From Eledone cirrhosa (taxonomy: Eukaryota): a stretch of DNA of 64,000 nt. The translations under genes and the position numbers were made by a program. Under the pieces are notes generated by a model. It was given only the letters and a program-made list of their open reading frames with translations. It ran no database searches and had not been told where the DNA came from. Shown piece by piece: positions 12,059-26,086 of the stretch (its first letter is position 1; each line of letters starts with the position of its first letter). Where the stretch lies: contig OZ024748.1 of the NCBI GenBank assembly GCA_964016885.1, positions 868,001 through 932,000 of the forward strand. The letters are read 5' to 3'.

Positions 12059-13259
12059 GTCTAGGGGTTTATCGTCTGTCTAATTTGAAGGTGTACACAC
12101 ACACATGCATGTTCAGCTTCCATCATCTTTTTAGTTTGTGTTCAAATATTTCATAAACACATACACAGACATATATATATATATACACACACACTATATA
12201 TATATATAAAAATAAATAATAATAATAAAAAGGATGATTTGTTATGTCTTCAGTACCTTTATTGTGTAGTGACGTGCGTTTCGCTATTGATCAACTCAAG
12301 GTTCGATCTATATCGATCTAGCCCAAGTCTGGAATCAAAAGCCCGTTGGACTTCTGTTGTGGTAATGACAGAATGAACCTCTTAGGGCATAGAAATAGCA
12401 TATAACGATTCACATTTGTTTATGGTGGTCAGTTAAAGTTTGATTTGATTGGTGGTTTTGCTAGAAAGAATGTTTGGGTATGTGTGATAGGTGAGGGGGA
12501 GAATTATAATAAAAAGATGGTGGTGGGTAGCAATGGTTTGCGGGAGTGTGGTGTTATGGCTGTTTCATAGACATTATGGCGTTTAAGTATTACCCAGCTT
12601 CTGCTTACAAATTCCATATTACTTCCATCTTTCCTCATTGTGCATCCATGCTGTACTGCCTTATTTATCTACATATATATTTTTGAAAAATAAACACAAC
12701 CTCTTTATATGTATTTATTTATTGCAAGTTCTTCACTATAATATTTGATTAATTTAAATTAATTAATTAATAGGTTTCTGCCAATTCTTGCCAATGAGCA
12801 CCATTTGCTAACAGAATTCTCTTAATCTAAATAAGTATGTTTATTTAGGTTAATAAATCTAACACCCACCACATCATCCCAGCATTAAAATGCTTGATTT
12901 CATTCATAGGCTGTGTGTATTTAATTAACATATTAACATTATAATTATCGGAAAGCCAGTGGATTGGCAATATTTTCTTCCTGAATACAAATCACAAATT
13001 TCAGCTAAGTTTACCTTGCTTTACATCCTTCCAGTGTGTTCAATAATTGAACATATCCATCAAGCACTAGTGTTAATGTAACCTAACACTCCATCACCAC
13101 TACCACCATTGACACCCCCCATCCCCCAATCCCTTCAAGAATAAATGGAAGAAAGAAAAAAAAATCTTGGCCTTGTTGTCCGAAATAGTAACCAATGATA
13201 TCATTTTTGAATGTTAGAAAATGATAAAACAAAACCAGTAGTGATGATTATTATTAATC

Positions 13260-13460
13260 AGTAGAGCATCGGATACCATGCTTCGTGGCATAGAGTTACG
13301 GCCCTTCACCTTCTGATTTCTAATCCTGCCGAGGTTACCTTTGCCTTTCATCCTTACGGGATCGATAAAATAAAGTACCAACCATGCACTGAGATTGATT
13401 TTTATCGACTTTCACCGCCCCCAAAATTGCTGGCCTTTGCCTAAAGTAGAAACAATTATT
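13260..13460 (+). mobile_element. SINE family 2
   Basis: ctttgcctttcatccttacgggatcgataaaataaagtacc...tgctggcctttgcctaaagtagaaacaattatt. Confidence 0.8.
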
Positions 13461-13892
13461 AACATTTCTGATTCCAGCCCAGCCAAGCCAAGCCCTCAGA
13501 CCAGCTCTGGTTCTATGAAACAAAGCTACCCATTTTAAGGTGTTTATTTAAATTGAAATCTTACAACATGTTTATTTAAGAACCATATGTTACGTCACTC
13601 TCTTAGTAACGGAATAATCAATAACGTGACTAAATCCATAAAAAAAAGATAGTTTGATTAATTAATCAATTGGAATAGAATTAAATTGAATTAGAAACAC
13701 AGTCACAAAAAGGTTAAAACCTGATGCTGTTTCTAGTTATTCTTATATTATTTTACTGGCTTCAGTTATTGGATTCTGGCCATGCTGGGGCAGCATCAGC
13801 TTCATGTTTTATATTCAAATGTTCTGTAAAGTCAAGACAAATTAATGATGGAGTGTTTCTTTTGTATATGTGTGTGTATATATATATATATG

Positions 13893-14124
13893 TCCAAGAC
13901 AATGTCACTGGACCGAGATCTTTGACGCTACACTGTAATACAGAAGACCCGCCTTGCCTAAGTACAAAGCGAAACCTAGTCTGTAGGCACCTCTAACAAA
14001 AATACACCCCCACCCCATCCACACCACCCCTTTTGATGTAAAGTTATGTTGGTACCACAACATCCAGTCCAAAATAAATGAGGTCGTGTAGGTGTCACGA
14101 TGATGATGATGATGATGGTGATTA
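13893..14124 (+). mobile_element. Short 3' RTE fragment related to the 23163-25156 element, with a (GAT)n tail
   Basis: Close match to 24721-24944, followed by gatgatgatg. Confidence 0.85.
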
Positions 14125-14155
14125 TGATATATATATATATACACACACACTTACA

Positions 14156-14252
14156 CAGGGTGTCCTAAAAAATGTATACACTTCAACAGCATTCTAATAA
14201 ATATTGCCTGTACAGGTAATCAAAGTGTGTATACATTTTTGGGAACACCCTA
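14156..14252. mobile_element. Tc1/mariner-like MITE
   Basis: cagggtgtcctaaaaaatgtatacac / gtgtatacatttttgggaacaccc TIRs. Relatives at ~34058-34135 and 50066-50143. Confidence 0.7.
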
Positions 14253-14714
14253 TTATATATATATATATATATATAATAAATTAAGAGTGAATAACCAATT
14301 TAGACTTAACATAATTTTACTCTTAAGTACATTTCAATATATAACAGCTGTCCATACCTCAATATACATTATATATATATATATATATAATATATATAAA
14401 TCTTATAGTCAAACTAATCTTAATCTTAGAAGAACCAACCCCTCCCCCATCACTACCCAAATATCCGTCACCTCATCCTGGAATTTGTTTCACTACTAAA
14501 TCTCTTTTAGAATTCTTTCTTCCTCTTTTCCTCCTCTTGTTTCTCTACAAATATCACATAACTCATGCAGGAATCTTTCCAACCTTTCATTTCTGCTTTG
14601 CATTACGTCTGTATGTTTTTGACTTAGTAACTATTTTGTTTGTTTGTTTGTTTGTTCTCTTCACCTATTTGATGTCAATTATTATATTATATTGTTGTGT
14701 GTGTACATATATAT

Positions 14715-14751
<37 letters not shown>

Positions 14752-14951
14752 TATATGTATATAATATACAAATACATAGATGTATACATCATCATCATCA
14801 ACATTACATATATATGTATATATATATATATACATATAGATATATAGATATATGTATATGTACATATATATAAATATGTACATATATATATATGTACATA
14901 TACATATATATATATGTATATGTGTATATATGTACATATATGTATATGTAG

Positions 14952-15020
<69 letters not shown>

Positions 15021-15030
15021 TATATGTATA

Positions 15031-15450
15031 CAGTATTTACGTATCGAGAGAGAGATAAAAAAGGGGAGGATAGATGATACATATAGTTATTTGCCAAGTA
15101 GCGTATGCCAAAGGTTCTCGATACTAGTGCCGGCAGTATTAAATATTCGAAGTGTTAATATTTAGTGGGCTAAAGAGTTAGCAGAGCGTAAGCACGTGGA
15201 AAAGTAAGAAATCGGAGAATAGACCATTAAAACATGTTTATTTAAAACATCACCTATGTACGTTTCGCCCAGTTGGGCTTCCCAAGGGCATAAATAATAA
15301 AAAGTGTTCCTTACATTGCTCGGAAAGAGTTTTGGGGGTTAAATCGACGTCAAGGTTCATTGCTCGCAAAAATAGCTTCTTTTGATTTTGCAGCAGGTCA
15401 AGGGAGGTAACTCTGGCCGGTATTAGGGCAGTCTTTCCCGAACAAATTTT
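15031..15450 (-). mobile_element. Unclassified repeat, probable 3' end of a retroelement inserted in (TA)n
   Basis: A unique GC-richer block between TA tracts with a short minus-strand ORF end. Its 15031-15131 end recurs at 21700-21798. Confidence 0.45.
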
Positions 15451-15512
15451 TATATATATGTACATATACATATATGTACATATATATATATATATATGTA
15501 CATATACATATA

Positions 15513-15568
<56 letters not shown>

Positions 15569-15580
15569 TATATAATGTAC

Positions 15581-15617
<37 letters not shown>

Positions 15618-15639
15618 TATATATATATATATAATGTAC

Positions 15640-15681
<42 letters not shown>

Positions 15682-15715
15682 GATATTAATAAATGGAAAC
15701 TATATTTATAAAACC

Positions 15716-15791
15716 ATATTTATTTCATTATATATATTTCAAGGATACCAAGTTACATTATGGTATGCCTTCATCAGACAAAATACAATAT
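15716..15791 (-). ncRNA. Minimal type I hammerhead ribozyme motif
   Basis: Reverse-complement copy of 16248-16323. Stem II has A-U where the other copy has G-U. Confidence 0.68.
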
Positions 15792-16247
15792 ATAACAGTT
15801 TTATAAATAGACATTGACGTACCCCTTTAAAAATTGACCGTTACTTTTGGAGGCCATCAGGATAGTGATTTGTTTACTTTAGTAAGTCATAGTGTTAAGA
15901 GTAAGTAAAAAGATGGAGAGAGAGAGAGACGTGGAGAAAAGAAAGGGAGAGATAGATAAAGAAAAGGAAGAAAGCAAAAAGAAAAGAGAACAGGAAAAAT
16001 AACGGGGAGATATCAAACCATCAGACAGAGAAAAAAATCCAGAGAAAGAGATATATAGAGATAGAGAGAGGGGGGAGAGAACCTTAAGTTATGTCATATT
16101 AAGTTGAGTTAACAATTGGGATGAAAAGCATAAATAAAATTACAAATATTAAAATTCATGAATGGACAAATCACTATCCTGATGGCCTCCAAAAGCAACG
16201 GTCAATTTTTAAAGGGGTACGTCAATGTCTATTTATAAAACTGTTAT

Positions 16248-16323
16248 ATATTGTATTTTGTCTGATGAAGGCATACCATAATGTAACTTGGTGTCCTTGA
16301 AATATATATAATGAAATAAATAT
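16248..16323 (+). ncRNA. Minimal type I hammerhead ribozyme motif
   Basis: Stem I atattgtattttgt/atgaaataaatat, CTGATGA at 16262-16268, stem II aggcatacca/tggtgtcctt, GAAA at 16299-16302, palindromic tatata stem III, predicted AUA cleavage after 16310. Confidence 0.68.
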
Positions 16324-16357
16324 GGTTTTATAAATATAGTTTCCATTTATTAATATA

Positions 16358-16411
<54 letters not shown>

Positions 16412-16679
16412 CCATGTACATATATATATATGTATATGTACATTATATATATATATGTACATATACATATATATATATATATATATGTACATGTAAATAT
16501 ATATATATATATGTACATATATGTATATGTACATATATGTATATGTAAATATATATATATATATATATACACATATATATATATATGTATATGTAAATAT
16601 ATATATATATGTAAATATATATATATGTATATATATATATACATATATATATATGTACATATATGTATATGTAAATATA

Positions 16680-16710
<31 letters not shown>

Positions 16711-16786
16711 GTACATATATGTATATGTAAATATATATATTTATATATACATATATATATATGTACATATATGTATGTATGTATAT

Positions 16787-17268
16787 AGGGCAAAGGAGCT
16801 CTTAAGAGTCAATGGCCATCCAAAATCACCGGGAGAGATGACCCCTTTAGCCTTAGTCAAGGCAGAATTCTAGGAGAAGGAAAACTCTGATATAACACCT
16901 GCAACCCTGATGGTATCCAATGATGTTGACTTGTTCTTCTTTTTGGTAAATAGCATCTTGGTTAAGAGAGTGGGACTGGCTTTGTGCAGTGCCTTTGCTC
17001 ACTATAAAAGCTTCACGGCACAGGCATTGCTTTATATCTGGAGATCTCTCTGCACTTGTCCTCACATGGGCCCAGCACTATGTGTCAATAATTGTCCTAC
17101 CATGGGCCTAGCACTATGTGTCAATAATTGTCACAGGTGTTGTGTTTGTACCAGAGGTTTCAAGTCGCTGGCTGGACTAAAAAGTCACACTCGTTCAGCG
17201 CTTCGGTAGGGGTTATCCTACATGGATGTAAAGTAGTGGCCGTACTCGAAAACGAGTTGGCAGCCACC
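16787..17268 (+). mobile_element. Degraded LINE 3' end with RTE-type C2H2-like zinc finger
   Basis: [20 protein letters not shown] fits the CxxCxRxFxSxxGLxSHxR motif at RTE ORF ends. Inserted in (TA)n. Confidence 0.6.
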
Positions 17269-17466
17269 ATATATATATATATGTACATATATGTACATAT
17301 ATATATGTATATGTACATATATGTATATATATATATGTATATGTACATATATGCATATGTATATATATGTATATGTACATATATATATGTATATGTACAT
17401 ATATGTATATATATGTATGTATATATATATATATATGTACATATACATATATATATATATATGTAC

Positions 17467-17508
<42 letters not shown>

Positions 17509-17544
17509 GTACATATACATATATATATATATATGTACATGTAC

Positions 17545-17588
<44 letters not shown>

Positions 17589-17624
17589 GTACATATACAT
17601 ATATATATATATATGTACATGTAC

Positions 17625-17668
<44 letters not shown>

Positions 17669-17721
17669 GTACATATACATATATATATATATATGTACAT
17701 GTACATATACATATACATATA

Positions 17722-17763
<42 letters not shown>

Positions 17764-18146
17764 CATATACATATATATATATATGTACATATACATATAT
17801 ATATATATATGTACATATACATATATATATATGTACATATACATATATATATATATGTACATATACATACATATATATATATATATATGTACATATACAT
17901 ATATATATATATATATGTACATATACATATATATATATATATGTACATATACATATATATATATATATGTACATATACATATATATATATATATGTACAT
18001 ATATATATATACATATGTACAAATACATATATATATATATGTACAAATACATATATATATATATATATATATAGGTACATATATATACATATGTACAAAT
18101 ACATATATATATATATATATGTACATATACATATATATATATATAG

Positions 18147-18227
<81 letters not shown>

Positions 18228-18562
18228 TATACATATATATATATATATGTACATATACATATATATATATATATGTACATATACATATATATATATATAT
18301 GTACATATACATATATATATATATGTACATATACATATATATATATATAGGTACATATACATATATATATATATAGGTACATATACATATATATATATAT
18401 AGGTACATATACATATATATATATATAGGTACATATACATATATATATATATAGCTACATATACATATATATATATATATAGGTACATATACATATATAT
18501 ATATATATAGGTACATATACATATATATATATATATGTACATATATATATATATATATGTAC

Positions 18563-18617
<55 letters not shown>

Positions 18618-18633
18618 TGTACATATACATATA
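17269..18633. repeat. Complex TA satellite, unit ~gtacatataca(ta)n
   Basis: Direct reading. Related tracts lie at 14700-15030, 15450-15680 and 16360-16786. Confidence 0.95.
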
Positions 18634-19967
18634 TCATCATCATCATCATCATCATTTTACGTCCACTTTTCCCTGCTTGCAAGGGTGGGACGGGTCTTAT
18701 TCAGCACAGCATCTCTCCACTCGTCACGGTCCCTCGTCATCTCCACCGTGAGCTTCAATGATCTGAGGTCTGTTCTCACCACCTCCGCCCATGTTTTTCG
18801 TGGTCTACTTCTACCACGTCTTCCTTCAACTGGCATTTCCTGGCACTTCTTCACCCATCGGTCATCCTCCATGCGCATCACATGTCCATACCACCTCAGT
18901 CTCCTCTCCCGTACACTACATTCTATCCTTCTCAGACACAGTTTCTCTCTCAACACATTTATGCTGGGTCATTCACGCACATTTACACTGCACATCCAAC
19001 AGAGCATGCTTGCCTCATTTCTCTCCAGCCGTCGCATATCCTCTGCGGTTGCTGCCCATGTCTCACTACCATGCAGCATCGCACTTCTCACACAGGCATC
19101 ATACAACCGGCCTTTCGTACGCAGGGAGAAACCCTTCTTCGTCAACAGAGGGAGCAGCTCCCTAAACTTCTTCCAACGCGTCCTTATTCTAGATACTATG
19201 GCCTCGGAACACCCTCCTCCCATGCTAATCTGATCTCCTAGGTACCGGAAGCTATCCACCACTTCTATAGCGCCCTCTCTCATTTGAAAAATGTGTCTAT
19301 CAGTGCGACTTCTACTGTCTAATTTCCCTGTACATCTACTGCATACATATTTCTCCCTACCTGTTAGTTTGCCTGCTATCCCGCTACATCTCTTGTGTAC
19401 CCAGGACCTGCATTGTGTGCATTTTATAGAATTTATGCCAGTTCCTTTTCTGCACATCGAACATGGCCATTTCCCTGACGGAATCAGGGTTTTGTCCTCT
19501 TTTCTACTCATCAACACTTTTGTCTTAGCTAGATTTACTCTCAGTCCTCTTGCTTCCAACTGCTGTTTCCATAGCCGGAATTTATTCTCTAGCTCCTCTA
19601 CTGATTCTGCTTTAAGAGCCAGATCGTCAGCATAGAGAAGTTCCCATGGACAGCCAGTCTTAAACTCCTCTGTTATGGCTTGGAGGACTATAATGAACAA
19701 GAGCGGGCTGAGGACCGAACCCTGATGTACTCCTACTTGTATCTGGAATTCCTCACTAAACTCCATTCCTACCCTGACTTTACTGAGAGTTCCTCTGTAC
19801 AAAGTTTGCACTGTCCTCACAAGCCATTCCTCAACACCTAGCTTCCTTAGGGACCACCAGGTTACAGATCGGGTTAGCCTATCAAAGGCCTTCTCTAGGT
19901 CAACAAAGGCTAAGTATAGTGGCTTATTCTTCTCTAAGAACCTCTCTTACATTTGTCTCACCAAGAA
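18634..19967 (-). mobile_element. 5'-truncated RTE-type LINE #1 (RT + PHD-like finger), disrupted
   Basis: FVDLEKAFD, GVHQGSVLSPLLF, LLYADD, FRYLG, RLRWYGHV and GRSRP motifs. A stop near 19948, a break near 18960 and an (ATG)n tail. Confidence 0.95.
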
Positions 19968-21625
19968 GTAAAGGTGATGCACTCGATAGAGGAAACTATA
20001 GAGGTATAAAGCTGATGGATCAGGTCATGAAAGTAACAGAAAGTTATAGCACAGTTGATTAGGGACCGAATGCAACTAGATGAGATGCAATTTGGGTTTG
20101 TACCAGGAAGAGGCACCACTGATGCTCTCTTCCTTGTGAGGCAATTACAGGAAAAGTAGCTAGCTAAAAGTAAGCCACTCTACCTGGCATTCCTCGATCT
20201 CGAGAAAGCCTTTGACAGAGTTCCACGTGCTGTAATCTGGTGGGCTCTTAGAAAACTAGGAGTAGATGAATGGCTTGTGAAAGCTGTACAAGCCATGGAT
20301 AGGGCAGCAGTCAGCAAAGTTAGGATTAGCAATGAGTATAGCGAGCAATTTAGCAAACAGGTTGGAGTCCACCAGGGCTCTGTTCTTAGCCCTCTCCTGT
20401 TCATCATAGTCCTGCAGGCAATAACGGAGGAGTTTAAGACCGGATGCCCCTGGGAACTCCTGTATGCTGATCACTTCGCACTTATAGCTGAATCTATGGT
20501 AGAACTAGAGAAGAAATTCCAAACTTGGAATCAGGGACTAGAAAGAAAGGGTCTCAAAGTCAACGTGACAAAGCCTAAGGTCCTTGTAAGTAGACGAGAA
20601 AACAGAACCCAGATCCCCTCAGGGAAATGGCCTTGCTCGGTATGTAGGAAAGGTGTAGGTAGGAACTCCATTCTCTGCCCCAAATGCAAACAATGGGTAC
20701 ACAAGAGATGTAGCGGGATCTCAGGAAGCTTAATTAAGAATGTAGACTTCACATGCAGCAGCTGTACTGGGACAGCAAGCAGCAAACAGCCACAGGAAAC
20801 AAGTACCACCAATCTCTGGGAGGGCTCTGTAGAGACAGTAGACAGCTTCTGCTACCTAGGTGACCGAATTAGCAGCGGAGGTGGGTGTTCAGAAAGTACA
20901 ATAACTAGGGTAAGAACGGGATGGAAGAAGTTCAAGGAACTACTGCCACTGCTAGATGCAAAAGGCTTCTCCCTCAAAATGAAAGGCAGACTGTATGATG
21001 CGTGTATCCGAACAGCAATGCTACAAGGTAGTGAGACCTGGGCGCTGAAGGTGGAAGACTTGCGTAGATTAGAAAGAAACGAAGCCTGCATTCTCCGATG
21101 GATGTGTAATAATAATATACGCGAACGACAAAGTATAGATGAATTGAGAGAGAGACTGAGCATAAGAGGAATCAAATACTGTGTGCAGGAGAGGCGGTTG
21201 CATTGGTATGGACATGTGATGCGTATGAAGGATGACAGCTGCATAAAAAGATGCAGAGCACTTGAAGTCGATAGAAACTGCGGAGTGGGGAGACCCAAGA
21301 TGACCTGGGATGAGGTGATAAAAGCCGACCTTACCCAATTATACCTCTCCAAGGCGATGACACACGACCGTGACCTCTGGCATCACGCAGTAATACAGAG
21401 TACCCGACCTCCCATGGGTACAAGCTGAAGCATATAGACAATATGACCTCACACCCTCCCACTGCAAGGTGGTCGTGGAGGTGCCAAGACAAAAAAGCAC
21501 CCAGCCCACACTGTAAAGTGGACGTGTAGGCGCCACGAAAAAGCACCCAGCACTCACTGTAAATGAGGTTGGTGTTAGGAAGGGCATCCAGATGTAGAAA
21601 TCAAGCCAAATCAGTTCCTGTATGA
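19968..21625 (+). mobile_element. 5'-truncated RTE-type LINE #2 with 3' UTR, disrupted
   Basis: [36 protein letters not shown] (dead YADD) and a PHD-like finger. Frameshift ~20042, stop ~20157, ORF end 21428. Confidence 0.95.
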
Positions 21626-21646
21626 GCAAGGCATATATATACACAC

Positions 21647-21697
<51 letters not shown>

Positions 21698-21800
21698 TAC
21701 AGTATTTACGTATCGAGAAAGAGAAAAAAGGAGAGGATAGGTGATACATATAGTTATTTGCCAAGTAGCGTATGCCAAAGGTGCTCGATACTAGTGCCTT

Positions 21801-21842
<42 letters not shown>

Positions 21843-21844
21843 GT

Positions 21845-22070
21845 GAAGGCGTGTGGCTGAGTGGTTAGAGAATTGGATTCGCAATCGTACGGTTGTGAGT
21901 TCGATTCCTGGACCAGACGATGCGTTATGTCCTTGAGCAAGACACTTTATTTCATGTTGTTCCTTCTCCTTCTACCTGGAGTTGCGACCGATAGATAGTA
22001 TTAGCAATTGGAAAGACCAACGGAAACATTGTTCCCTCGGTCCGATTTGACGAAAGTCAATCGTTCCTTT
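21845..22070 (+). mobile_element. tRNA-headed SINE with a different tail from family 1
   Basis: tggctgagtggttag (A box), gttcgattcc (B box) and ccttgagcaagacac, then an unrelated tail ending cgttccttt. Confidence 0.7.
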
Positions 22071-22964
<894 letters not shown>

Positions 22965-23026
22965 GATTCCTGATGATTTCTAATGAATGAAACAGTTCTA
23001 GTCCTGTAGAATCTCATCTATATTAA

Positions 23027-23061
<35 letters not shown>

Positions 23062-23075
23062 CATACATACATACA

Positions 23076-23150
<75 letters not shown>

Positions 23151-23162
23151 ATATATATATAT

Positions 23163-25156
23163 AAAGACCTGAAGACGGGCAAGGCGGCCGGGCCTTCGGA
23201 AATAGTTGCGGAAATGCTGAAAGCATCTGGAACGGTGGGACACACTATGGTCACCCGGATAGTAAACCAAGTCATATAGAATGGGGTCGTTCCGAAGGAC
23301 TGCCGCAGCAGCATCATCATTAACTGCTACAAGGGTAAAGGTGATGCCCTAGATAGGGGAAACTATAGAGGCATTAAATTAATCGACCAGGTAATGAAGG
23401 TCACAGAAAAAGTAATAGCGCAACTAATCAGAGAGCGAATTGATCTAGACGAAATGCAGTTCGTGTTTGTGTCAGGTAAAAGTACAACAGACGCTCTTTT
23501 CACTGTACGACAACTACAGGAGAAGTACCTAGCTAAAATTAAACCCCTATAATTAGCTTTTGTTGACTTGGAGAAAGCCTTTGACAGAGTACCCTGCTCG
23601 ATTATTTGGTGGGCCCTTAGAAAACTAGGTGTTGATGAATGGCTTGTGAGAGCTATACAAGCCATGTATAAAGAAACAGTCAGCAAGGTTAGAATAAACA
23701 ACGAATATAATGAAGAGTTTAGTGTAAAAGTTGGTGTTCATCAGGGCTCCGTCCTTAGCCCCCTACTATTTATTATTGCCCTTCAGGCTATAACAGAGGA
23801 GTTCAAGACCAGCTGCCCATGGGAACTCCTATATGCAGATAATCTAACGCTCATAGCTGAATCAATGGCTGAACTAGAGAAGAAATTCCAAACATGGAAG
23901 CATGGCCTAGAATCAAAAGGCCTTAAAATTAACCTGTCTAAGACTAAAGTTCTAGTTTGTAGGAAGGAAAAATAGGGCACCGGTCCCATCTGGGAAATGG
24001 CCATACTCAGTGTGTAGGAAAGGAGTAGGTAGAAACGCCATTTTATGTCCCAAATGCAAAGTATGGGTACATAAAAGATGTAGTGGGATCACAGGTAAGC
24101 TAACTAATAATATAGATTTTATATGTGGCCGGTGCTCTGGTGCAGTAAGTAGCAGCAAGTGCTCACAAAATACTAGCTCTTTCAATTGCGCAGAGGGTTC
24201 TATAGAAATAGTGGACAGCTTCCGTTACCTGGGCGAGAAAATCAGCAGTGGGGGAGGGTGCTCTGAAAGTACAGTAGCTAGAGTCAGAACGGGATGGAAA
24301 AAGTTCAGAGAGCTTATACCACTATTGGCCGCTAAAGGGTTCTCTCTAAAAATGAAAGGCAGGCTGTATGATGCCTGCATACGAACAGCAATGTTACATG
24401 GCAGTAAGACCTGGGCATTGTGTGCAGAGGATATACGCAGACTGGAGAGAAATGAAGCTTGCATGCTCCGCTGGATGTGTAATAGTAATATACGTGAACG
24501 GCAAAGCATAAATGAACTAAGGGAGAAATTAGAAATAAGAGGGATCAGATGTTGTTTACTCGAGAGAAGACTACATTGGTATGGTCACGTGATGCGCATG
24601 AAAGACGACAGCTGTATAAAAAGGTGCAGGGCAATAATAATAGACGGTAGCCACGGAGTAGGCAGACCCAGAAAAACCTGGGACGACTTGATAAATTCCG
24701 ACCTCACACACTTACACTTCTCCAAGACAATGTCACTGGACCGAGATCTTTGGCGCTACACAGTAATAGAGAAGACCCGCCTTACCTAAGTGCGAAGTGA
24801 AACCTACTACAGTCAGTAGGCACCTCTAACAAAATACACCCCCGTCCCACTACCCCCACCCCATCCACACCACCCATTTCAATGTAAAGTTATGTTGGTA
24901 CCACAACATCCAGCCCGAAACAAATGAAGTCGTGTAGGTGTCACAACAAAAAACACACAGTCCACGCTGTAATGTGGCCGTGTAGGTCACACGGTAAAAA
25001 CCTCCCAGTTCCACTGTAAATGTGGTTGGTGTTAGGAAGGGCATCCAGCCGTAGAAAACCCGCCAGACAGTCCTACGCGAGCAAGACAACCACTCTTGCC
25101 TCAAGTGGGAAACTTCCCGTCCAAACCCATGCAAGCGTGGAATATGGACGTTAAAC
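23163..25156 (+). mobile_element. 5'-truncated RTE-type LINE #3 with 3' UTR, disrupted
   Basis: [35 protein letters not shown] and a PHD-like finger. Stops at ~23550 and ~23973, ORF end 24789. The UTR ends atggacgttaaac. Confidence 0.95.
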
Positions 25157-25164
25157 ATATATAG

Positions 25165-25225
<61 letters not shown>

Positions 25226-25255
25226 CACATATATATACATATATATTCATTCATT

Positions 25256-25582
25256 CATTTCATTTTACGTCCACTTTTCCCTGCTTGCAAGGGTGGAACA
25301 GCCACTGATTCTGGCTTGATTTCTACAGCTGGATGCCCTTCCTAACACCAACCTCATTTACAGAGAGTGCTGGGTGTTTTTTTGACGTGGCACCTCCACG
25401 ACCACTTTGCAGTGGAATGATAGGGACCCAGTTCCTATCATCTCATTTCTACAGCTGAGTAAACTGTAGCAATGTGAAATAAAGTGTCTTGCTCAAGGAA
25501 ACAACACATCACCCGGTCTGAGAATTGAACTCACAACTTTTCGATTGCAAGGCGAATGTTCTAACCACTAAGCCATGTGCAT
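25256..25582 (-). mobile_element. SINE family 1
   Basis: Near-identical to 40240-40560. A 36-nt tail is identical to the end of RTE #1. Confidence 0.9.
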
Positions 25583-25656
25583 CCATATATATATATATAT
25601 ACATATACAAATATATATATATATACAAATATATATATATATATACACATATACAA

Positions 25657-25689
<33 letters not shown>

Positions 25690-25960
25690 AATATATATAT
25701 ATACATATATACATATACAAACATACATATATATATAAAAATATACATATATATATATAAAAATATACATATATACATATACAAATATATATATATACAT
25801 ATACATATACAAATATATATATATACATATACAAATATATATATATATATATACATACACACATATATATATATGTACATGCACACACATATATATATAT
25901 GTACATGCACACACACACATATATATATATACATACACACACACACATATATATATACAT

Positions 25961-26000
<40 letters not shown>

Positions 26001-26021
26001 TATATATATATACACATATAC

Positions 26022-26086
<65 letters not shown>

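Larger units (their letters stand above)
15683..16356. mobile_element. Penelope-like remnant: 191-bp near-perfect inverted arms around a 292-bp purine-rich spacer
   Basis: 15683-15873 is the reverse complement of 16166-16356 with two visible mismatches. Each arm holds a hammerhead motif. The block is flanked by (TA)n. Confidence 0.75.

Noticed and set aside
12270-12340. Minus-strand GAAAC...GUC hammerhead-like motif
   Set aside because: No recognisable CUGANGA. Too degraded to call, although it may be an old Penelope end.
21848-21915. tRNA gene
   Set aside because: It has A and B boxes but continues into SINE body sequence without a proper acceptor stem. It is a SINE head.
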